A stretch of 64,000 nucleotides of DNA, from NCBI GenBank assembly GCA_964016885.1, contig OZ024751.1, positions 45,322,001-45,386,000 on the forward strand. Reading direction: 5' to 3'. The notes under the pieces are model-generated. The model saw only the letters and a program-made list of their open reading frames with translations, did not search any database and was not told where the DNA came from. The stretch is from Eledone cirrhosa. Taxonomy: Eukaryota. Made by a program: the position numbers and the translations under genes. Below, one piece after another: positions 54,475-64,000 of this stretch; within the stretch, counting starts at the first letter, position 1; each line of letters starts with the position of its first letter.

Positions 54475-54651
54475 ATGAGTGTGTGGAGTGTATTATAAAA
54501 AATGACTGGCTTGTTTATAGGGTCTACAGCACCAGAAAGATTGCACAAGTTGAAATATCGGGGGATCCAATGAGATATTATATCAATATATATATATATA
54601 TGGCATGTATATATGTATGTTTATTTATATGTGTATGTCTATATGCATGTC

Positions 54652-54682
<31 letters not shown>

Positions 54683-56258
54683 GTAACGGGTACAAATATA
54701 TAACATATATAGACATACGCAGATATATAAAATGAAACCTGTTTTACAAATATTTAAAAAGTACAAAAATAAACATTTTCATCTAATGATTAAATTATGC
54801 GATAGACATATGGCGTTTCATATAGGAACTTTGCGTGTGTGGGCATGTGCATATATGTGTGGGCATATATATGTATGTGTGTATGTGTATATATATGTGT
54901 GCATATATATGTGCGTGTGTGCATGTATATATATGTGTGTATGTATATATATATGTGTGTGTGTGTATGTATATATATATATGTGCGTGTGTATGTATAT
55001 ATATATATATGTGTGTGTGTATGTATATATATATATATATATATATATCTGTGTGTGTATGTGTATATATACCATCATCATCATCATTGTTTAACGTTTA
55101 TGAGGTATATATACATATATATATATAGCCTGATGATTTCATATCAATGAAACAGTTCTAGTCTTGTAGAAGCCATTTCTATATCAACCTTTGTTTAGGA
55201 AATTAAATCATTCTATTCTATTCCTAACAATTGCTTCTGTAAATATAAAAATTAAAAGTATTCACACAGACACACACACAGCCGCATACACACAGTGAGG
55301 TTACACACACAGGCACACACACACACACACGTACACATTCCATATCTTGGGGTATCAGCTTGACAAAACTAATGTGGAGATGTTGAGACATTAAATAGCT
55401 TTGAAAAGCTGAAATATTTGTTCAAATATTCTACAATATTTGTACAAAGATAAAAAAAAAATTGCCATAATTTGAAGAATTAAAACAAAATACAGCAGCC
55501 ATGTTTAGTTTGTTTATCTGTTAACTGGTAAACAGTAGTAATGGGTATACATGCAGGAGTTGTGTGTATGGGTGTAGGTTTCTATGTTAGTACAGGTATG
55601 TGTATATATGTATGCATGAATATGTATATATGTGTGTATAGATATGTATATATGTATGTGTGAATAGGTATGTATATAAATGTATGTGTATAGATGTATA
55701 AATATATGTATGTGTGTGTATGTGTGCATGGGTATAGAAGTGTATATGTATACCCATACATATACACTTCTATACCCATATGTGTGGGTATATATGTATG
55801 GGTGTGTGTATATATATATATGTTTATGGCTAATCATGTTAGTGTGGAAGATAGACGTTAAACGCTGATGATGATGATGATGATGATGACGATGATGATG
55901 ATGAATGTGTATTTATATGTATGTAAGTATTTTTGTGTGTGCATATGTATCTATGTCTATGTGTCATCTGTGTACATATATATATATATATGTTTATGGC
56001 TATGTATATATGTATGTGTATTTATATGTATGTATGTAAGTATTTTTGTGTGTGCATATGTATCTGTATGTCTATGTGTGTACATGTGTGGATGTGTGGG
56101 TACATGTGTGTGTGTCATTTGTCACTCCTACTTTTCCAAGAAACACAGCAGTTATATAATAGTTTACTGGATAAGTTCATAAGTTTAAACCCTGACAACA
56201 GATATATTACATTTGTCATTATCAGAACAATTAATTAATAATTATTTATGCTTAATGG

Positions 56259-56500
56259 TGGAGGCACAAGGTCTTGTGGTAAGGGCGTTGGATTTACGAT
56301 TATAATTACATGGGTTCAATTCCTGTACTGGGTTCACTGTTGTGTTCTTGAGCAAAACACTTCATGTTGCTCCAGTATACTCAGCTGAAAATAAGTACCA
56401 GTAGTGGCTTTAACTCTGAGATGGACTGGCTTCCTGTCCAGAGGGAGTCTTGTACTCTCACTTGCTTAACGCCAAAGAAACCAGAGTAAGCACCGGCCTA
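56259..56500 (+). mobile_element. Older tRNA/CORE SINE
   Basis: ggaggcaca...gggttcaattcc...ttcttgagcaaaacactt...gatggactggcttcctgtccagagggag. Confidence 0.65.
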
Positions 56501-57527
56501 TCCTAAAAACTGGATACACGCAAACACACAAACAAAAAAAAATGATATACGAAGACAGTTCTATATGAGTAAGACATGGTCATCTGATTTGACTTGTCCC
56601 ATGACAGGACAACTTGTCTAACCCATGCTAGTATGGAAAAAATGTATGTTAAATGATGATGATGATGATGATTATGAAGCACAACTTCACAAGTGTTAGA
56701 CTAATAACCTTAAAAATGTTTAAGAGAAAAAAAAAGGAGATAGACAGAAACCTACTTTATTTTATCTCTACCCCTACAACAAATTTAGAAGTAGCTAAAT
56801 ATCAAAATAGATATATTTCATAACAAAACAGGATATATCAATATCTAGAGGCATCATTTACTCCGGTACTGAGTTTAATACTGACTTGATAACACTCAAA
56901 GACATGGAGATGATAACATAGATTCATTACAGTGAATACTGAGTATTTTTATATTTGTAGTAGTTGTTGTTATGGTGGTGGTGGTTTGGTATTTTACTAC
57001 AGGCAAATGTATTTATTTATTTATTAACCTATCTATCTATTTACCAATTCAATCAGTTGACAGGTGTTCAATAAGTATAGAGAAACTGGATAAAACAAAT
57101 TAAAAGACAGGTGCTACATAATAGACAGATAGATATATAGATAAATAGGTAAGTTATTGAAAGGAGATGGTACCACCACCACAACCACACTGCAACCACT
57201 ACCACCACCACTAATAACAACAACACTGCTACCACCACAAACAACTGAATATTATGGAATAGCACAGCTGATGATGGAAATAGATTTTTGTGTTACCTAC
57301 AATTTTATTTGGCGTATAAATATATTTAACAACATAAAAATAAAATTAATAAAATTGTTTGCATTTTCCTGCTTTTCAGTTTCAGAAATCACATTTCTAC
57401 TTTCAGTAGAAATAGAAAAAAAACAAAAAAAAACAAAAAAAAAAATAATCTTAATATACAAGATGGCCGACTGAATACGTACGTCTTTTTTTTCTCTTAT
57501 CACTCTTTACTTTCTATTTATCTTCTA

Positions 57528-57563
57528 TCTTCTGTTGAAGGACTAGTGTCCGAAACATTAAGA
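57528..57563 (+). ncRNA. Degenerate minimal hammerhead motif (Penelope-type)
   Basis: TCTT-CTGTTGA-A-GGAC(TAGT)GTCC-GAAA-CA-TT-AAGA: stems I and II intact, one core substitution (A6 to U). Confidence 0.55.
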
Positions 57564-58355
57564 CTCTCTACCTGCTATTTCAAGTGGTAAACTAATATAT
57601 TTCTTTCATGTACTGTGCTGTTTATTTTGTTATTTCTGTTTACCTTTTACACACACACACACATATTACATACATTAAAGTCTTTAAGATTATACATAGT
57701 TATGACCATTTCATATGAATTATGTGAAACCACTTTATTTTCAATATATACACACTGCCCTAGCATAAAGTGCTAATTTTGGTACCTGCCTACGTAAACC
57801 ATGAACCTACTGAACCACCTAATATATTATACATGTATATACACACACACATTTATATATATATTAAAACAACAGATTAAAGTTTAAGCAAAAAAATTAG
57901 GTGGAAGCAGCGATTCTTTGCTTAAATTTTAATCTGTTATTTTAATAAATATTTGCTCTAAGGTTTTTATATATTTGATATATATTTATCCTTATCGGGC
58001 CCTCTTTTGATTTTAGTCTTCACATTCATTATTATTACTATATATATATAATAATAATAATTGTTTCTACTTTTGGCACAAGGCCAGCAAATACCCAGTG
58101 TATTACTGGTACTTTATTTTATCAACTCCGTAAGGATGAAAGGCAAAGTTAACCTCGGTGGGATTTGAACTCAGAAATAATGATACTATTTATAGTTATG
58201 TATATACTATAAACAACCATAAACAGGAAAGGTCAGTAATTTATTACTACCTTATTACCAATAAAACAAATAGCTCAATGTAAGAACATCAGTTGTTTTA
58301 CAGAGCAGGAATATAAAATACACAATTATTAAAGTTATGTTCAAATCATTTAATT

Positions 58356-58400
58356 GCTGACAATCATTTCTTCCAAACTTTCGTTTGGATTCATCGGAGC
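58356..58400 (-). ncRNA. Minimal hammerhead motif with CCGAUGA core
   Basis: GCT-CCGATGA-A-TCCAAAC(GAAA)GTTTGGA-A-GAAA-TGATTG-TC-AGC: 7-bp stem II with a GNRA loop, GUC triplet, stem I GCT/AGC. Confidence 0.68.
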
Positions 58401-58594
58401 ATTATCAATGTCTGTACATATAATTAACCTCCTATTCAACTGAACAATCATATAGATACATATATATTGATGTGAGCAACAGTTTTGTATTTACAGGGTG
58501 GAATGGATGCGACATATATTATACGAGAATTGTACAAAAATTCAAATTCAAATTAAAAATAAAAGCACAGAGTGGAATACATGCAACAGATAAT

Positions 58595-58915
58595 GGAGGC
58601 ACATGGCCTTGCAATCGAAAGGTTGTGAGTTCAATTCTCAGACCGGGTGATGTGTTGTTTCCTTGAGCAAGACACTTTATTTCACATTGCTCCAGTTTAC
58701 TCAGCTGTAGAAATGAGATGATAGGGACTGAGATCTCTATCATTCCACTGCAAAGTGGTCGTGCAGGTGCCACGGCAAAAAAGCACCCAGCACTCACTGT
58801 AAATGAGGTTGGTGTTAGGAAGGGCATCCAGCTGTAGAAATCAAACCAGAATCAGTTCCCGTCCCACCCTTGCAAGCAGGGAAAAAGCGGACGTAAAATG
58901 AAATGAATGAAATGA
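58595..58915 (+). mobile_element. tRNA-derived CORE-type SINE
   Basis: Same family as 54147 and 32061, with a small deletion in the tRNA head. Confidence 0.9.
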
Positions 58916-59245
58916 GATAATACAAGAGAATAGTCTAATAATTGAGAAAGAATGAGGACATTAGCAGTACACCTGCAAGCATGTAGAAAGTGCACATGCG
59001 TTAGTCATATATATGAGAAGGAAATAAGCAAAGTTATTAGGCATATATAGATAAATAAATAAATACTGTACGGCAAAGTTCTCCCTTAAAATGCCAAGCA
59101 AATGCGTTAATGTATTAGAAATTTATGGCGGATGTAATGTGATGATAGTGTTCAAATTTGTGTGTGTTGAGAAAATCAAAGTTATTTTTGTCTTTTCCAT
59201 ATGTTAAATTATATTTTAGTTAATGTTTAAATTGAATGTTTTAAG

Positions 59246-59288
<43 letters not shown>

Positions 59289-59687
59289 TGCTAGCAAAGA
59301 AAACTACCGTTAAGGTGTTAAACAATGATGATGATGATGTTATTGAATCTAATATATGTGTATCCCTGTATAATTTGAAGTCAAAGACATGTATTAACAT
59401 GTAAGTAGTACAAAAGTACAAAACATACACACACAAAGCCTTTGTAAACAGCATGTATCATACCTAAGGGACACTCTTACAAACATTCACATGAAAGGTT
59501 ACCAATGGATCTGACAATGTTTGCTTGCCCTATATTCAATATTGTAGATTTAAATTATTATTATGTAGAAATAAAGTAGGCCTCGTGTTACATGACTCTG
59601 CAGGTGATAAACAAACAGGAGAATGACAAGACACCAACATTTCATAATGAAATTTTGCTCTAAAACATAAACCTAGATACTCTTAAA

Positions 59688-59894
59688 ACACAGGCCTAGA
59701 ACCCCCACTAAATCACAGGCCTAGATCCCATTGAAACACAGGTTTAGAGACCCCACTAAATCACAGGCTTAGAGATCCCATTAAATCATAGGCCTAGAGA
59801 CCCCACTAAAACACAGGCCTAGATAGACCCCACTAAAACACAGGCCTAGATAGACCCCACTAAAACACAGGCCTAGATAGACCCCACTAAAACA
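59688..59894. repeat. ~27-29-bp minisatellite (cacaggcctagatagaccccactaaaa)
   Basis: About 7 tandem copies. Confidence 0.85.
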
Positions 59895-61689
59895 TTGGGT
59901 TGATCTTGTAAGGTCTATCTAAGCCTATCATTGAAAATAAATAATATATCCTAGATGTACAATTTTACAAATATTCAGCTGATATAAAAAAACCAGTTGG
60001 TTTTTCTCTAGTTTTATTGTACCTTATTACACAGTTGTGAACCGTAACAACATTACTATATATCCACCTTACCCAATTGCACCTCTCAAAGGCGAAGGCA
60101 TACGACCGTGACCTCTGGCGTCACGCAGTAATACAGAAGACCCGACTTCCCATGGGTACAAGCTGAAGCTGAAGCATTTAGACAATATTCCCCCCCCCCT
60201 CCTAAGTAGACGTGTAGGCGCCACGGAAAAAAAAGCACCCAGCACTTATTGTAAATGAGGTTGGTGTTAGGAAGGACATCCAGCTGTAGAAATCAAGCCA
60301 GAATCAGTTCCTGTATGAGCAAGAGAAGGTCAGCTGACTGGACACTGCCCACAACAGGACAACCCATCTAACCCATGCTAGCGTGGAAGAATGGACGTAA
60401 AACGGTGATGATGATGACACATGGGCATGTAAAAACGATGATTATATATATATATATATATATAACTCAGCCGTCGGGCCATGATTCTTTCTAATTTATA
60501 TATATTACACTGAAAGAACTGTGCAAAACCTTTCAAGTCTAAAGAGAAGTCAGCAGTTTATTTCAAGTTTGTCATAAGTTGTAAAAGGAAAAAAAAAACC
60601 CCCAGAAAACTAACAAAAAAGACTCATTTTTTACTCCCTTCTTCTCTGCCTCCCCCTCCCATCCCCACCATCACAATATCTAAAGTGCTGCACACTTATC
60701 TAGAAACTATCTATGCTTGAGAAAGACAGTCTCAATAATAATAATAATAGTAGTAGTAATAATTATTATTACTATGTCAGGCTAGAAGCTGATAACATCA
60801 AAATATGTCTTGTATTTGGAACAGATGAAAAGAACTAAACTTCTCAGAAGTGTCTAGAGTTTCTCTCCGGCTCTCTCACTCTAAACTAATGGAACTATTA
60901 CTTTAACTAAAAAGATAGATTTCATTTGTCTAATCATAGATCTACAGATTATAACTTATCTTATAAAGTCATCTATTTTACTGTGAAGAAACAAAATAAC
61001 AGCAGCAATAAATAATTTTTTTATCCTCCTCCCTATACATGAAAATCTTTTTTTCTTTCTTTCTTCTCCCCTCCTCTTCTCTTCGTGATATCATGTTTAA
61101 AGTATTGACATTGGTGAAACTACAAAACTTAGATTAAATTCTTACCAAAAATAAAAAAAAAATAAAAGAAAAAAAGAAAACAGTTGACAAGAAGACCTCT
61201 ATGGCTTGTTATCATCATCATCAGCATTGACTTTTATACAGAAAGATTTAAAGAAGCAAGCATTTATAGTGCAAAAGTAAGGCCATAGAAATTATATCAT
61301 CAATGCACAATATTTTACAGTTTTATTCAATTGTATTAATTAATTGTGAGGGACAGAGAGAGAAAAAAAATTATGTATTGTGGAATTGAAAGATCAGAAA
61401 CTCAAATATCACCTTAAATTTCAAGATATTTAAGAAACCTCTTAAGACAATTGCTGTATTGCAATCTGATGATATCTGTTGCCCTCATACCAGTAATTTA
61501 TGTAGGTTGGTTGCTGTTATGCTGGAAGTGTTTGAATATGGTTTTAAAAGGGGCGTGAGTGGCTTTAGTTTCTATCTTATGTAGTATGAATCTTGTAGGT
61601 AGGGTTGAATGTAGGTTTATGAATCGTGTTGGTTTGGTGTAAACTTGTTTGCATGTAATTCGAGGCAATTACTGGTCACAGATATACAT

Positions 61690-61725
<36 letters not shown>

Positions 61726-61814
61726 TACATATCACTACCAGTGTATGAAGTTTTTATATACCCAAACACATACACAATATATATATATATATATATATAA
61801 AATGTACAACTTGT

Positions 61815-62006
61815 GGGCGGTAGGTTGACAGTATCGGTAGAGGGTCGGACGCCATGCTTTCTAGCATAGAGTTACGTCCCTTTACGTTCTGAGTTCAAAT
61901 CCCGCCAAGGTTAACTTTGCCTTTCACCCCTACGGGGGTCGATAAAATAAAGTACCAGTAATGTACTGGGATAATTGCTGGCCTTGTGTCAAAAGTAGAA
62001 ACAATT
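61815..62006 (+). mobile_element. tRNA-derived SINE (octopus OK-like family)
   Basis: ttacgttctgagttcaaatcccgccaaggttaactttgcctttca...ggtcgataaaataaagtaccagt. Further copies lie at ~28420, 48612, 51690 and 58058. Confidence 0.8.
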
Positions 62007-64000
62007 ATATCAGAGTGAGTAAGAAACAGCCAGAGCTGTACTGATTATCTTGGACTAGCTTGTAAACCTATATACCATTTTATGCCAGAAATATAATTTA
62101 AATAAAAATATCAATCCTAGTCAATGTTATTTCATGGTTATTTCGAAAGACTACAGCTCACAGGAAGAGGAAAAGTTACCGAGGAGAAGTCAATATGAGA
62201 AAGGAGAACTCTATGTGAGTGAGAAAAACTAATGTGAGGAAGAAAGATATAGTATGACAGGAAGTTTCGGTTTTATGTGTCTATTTATTCATTTTTATTC
62301 TGTTGACACCATCTTGGATAAGGAGGGAGCAGGAAGAGTTGGTCGTGATTAGAAACATGTCAAGCAAAACATATGGTGCACAAACAAGAATTGCCAGAGG
62401 GAAAGTAACACGATTGGTGCAACTGTAACCTTGAAATTTATCTAATTGCTAAGAACAACAGGACATCTTGCATAACTGATGCAACAGGAGGAACAGAAGG
62501 TCCGCAAGGGCTGTGTGAGTAGAGAGGAAGGGCTGTGAGAATCCTAAGATAAAGAGATAAAAGGTCAGTGGAATTTAAAGGTAAAGGAATAGAAGAACAC
62601 TTGTTGGAATTTAAAGAAGAAAACCAGATGGTTATAAAATTATAAAAAAGCAGAAGAGGGAAGAATGATTCAACGAGGATGTGGTGGGATGGTAGAATAA
62701 AATTAGAAGCAAGATCACTTGGGATGGACTGGTGTCCTGTCCAGGGGTGTGTGTGTCTTGTACCCACAGTCACTTAATACCTAATGAAACTGGGTTAAGC
62801 TCCAGCATGATGAGACTCAAGGACAGACTTTAATTTTGAATATGAAAATGTTTTATTGTTAAAAGTATAATATTGAAATTTAGTTTAATATTGCAAGCTT
62901 TGTAGTTTCCATTTGTGCAAGCATTTTTCTAAGATGGGAATTTTTTTTTTTTGTTAGTCAGTTTGTTAGGGGGAAGTCTTTAAGACTGGTGGAATGATGG
63001 GAGGAAGTTATCCTCAAACTAGGGATATGCTCTAAATGCTAACAACAGAAGGGACTCTACTAAAATCTTCCAAGTAGGCCATGGCAGGACTGGAACTTAG
63101 AACACAAGGAATCAGAATAAATACTGCAGGGTGGGTTAGCTGGATCTAAAAATTCAGATGTTTGCATGAATAGTGGAGAGAAGCTGAATGTTTTCACAAT
63201 TACATGGCCATAACAGCATTCATGTTTTTATGGCTAAAACTTCAAGTTGGAAGTGGTAACCCCAGGGATTAGGTTAGAGTTCCTAGTTATTTTCAGAAAA
63301 GTTACCATGACACAATATATGCAAAGAACACATTCTTTCCCCTAGTCTTTAAGGCTCTGAACAAAAAACGAAGTCGCAGATTGTCCCTTCCTCCTTTGAC
63401 TTAGCCATAAATGAAAAACAAAACGAAACAAAAAACCCTTAAATTATCTGTTATGTTGATTAGGTTAAAAAACAACAATAACAAAATAAGTTAAATATAA
63501 ATGTAATAGTATACAAAAAGCCAGTAATTATATTTTACACCCCCAACCTCACCCTATCACCTCTGTTTCCGCTGTTAATGAATAATAACCCTAATACTGA
63601 TCACTGTATGTCACATGAACTAATTCTTGCTAATATCTGAATTTAGTGAGCAATCATGGCGGCAATAATAATAATAATAATAATCATTAGCACAGATAAT
63701 TAGGTATCTGACAGAAGATTTCAGTTCAATGTATGATACAGTAATGGTAGAGGATAAAACGTACCCAGTCCACCCTTTCAGTTGGTGGTGGTGATGATGG
63801 TGCCATGATAAAACGCACCTAGTCCACCCTGTCAGGTGGTGGTGGTGATGATGGTGTCATGACAAAACACACCCAGTCCACCCTGTTGAGTGGTTGTATC
63901 AGTACCAGGATAAAATGCACCCAGTCCACCCTGTCAAGTGGTTGTGACAGTGCCAGGATGTTAGCGTGGAAGATAGACGTTAAACGATGATGATGATGAT

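Noticed and set aside
53339-56238. Many long YI/CV/HT-rich ORFs in the ORF track
   Set aside because: They are translations of TA/CA/TG microsatellites, which lack stop codons.
60060-60080. Candidate Homer exon 1 donor (minus strand attgg|gtaag)
   Set aside because: It reads ATTGG rather than ATGGG and lies within an RTE fragment. Exon 1 was not located and may be outside the window.

Overview
AT-rich eukaryotic genomic DNA full of microsatellites, SINEs and LINE fragments. The repeat families (tRNA/CORE SINEs with RTE-type (GAT)n tails, OK-like SINEs) resemble those of octopod cephalopods; this is an inference. The only intact protein-coding gene found is a minus-strand Homer. Eight coding exons (49946 down to 27728) have GT-AG borders and compatible phases and give about 382 aa (EVH1 domain plus coiled coil) once the missing first exon (expected ATG GG) is added. 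Most ORFs in the supplied track are microsatellite noise. Less ordinary signals: (1) several Penelope-type minimal hammerhead-ribozyme motifs, some as inverted pairs inside Homer intron 4, one inside a perfect 178-bp palindrome; (2) a ~12-kb composite foldback-like block (4.45-16.6 kb) with a large imperfect palindrome around a telomere-like minisatellite, exon-like modules, a 3.3-kb Asx-X hexamer tract and a ~900-bp hairpin-bearing higher-order tandem array; (3) a 95-bp minisatellite made from RTE coding sequence; (4) young inverted SINEs flanking the EVH1 exons; (5) orphan plus-strand micro-exons. All coordinates and alignments were read by eye; no searches were run.
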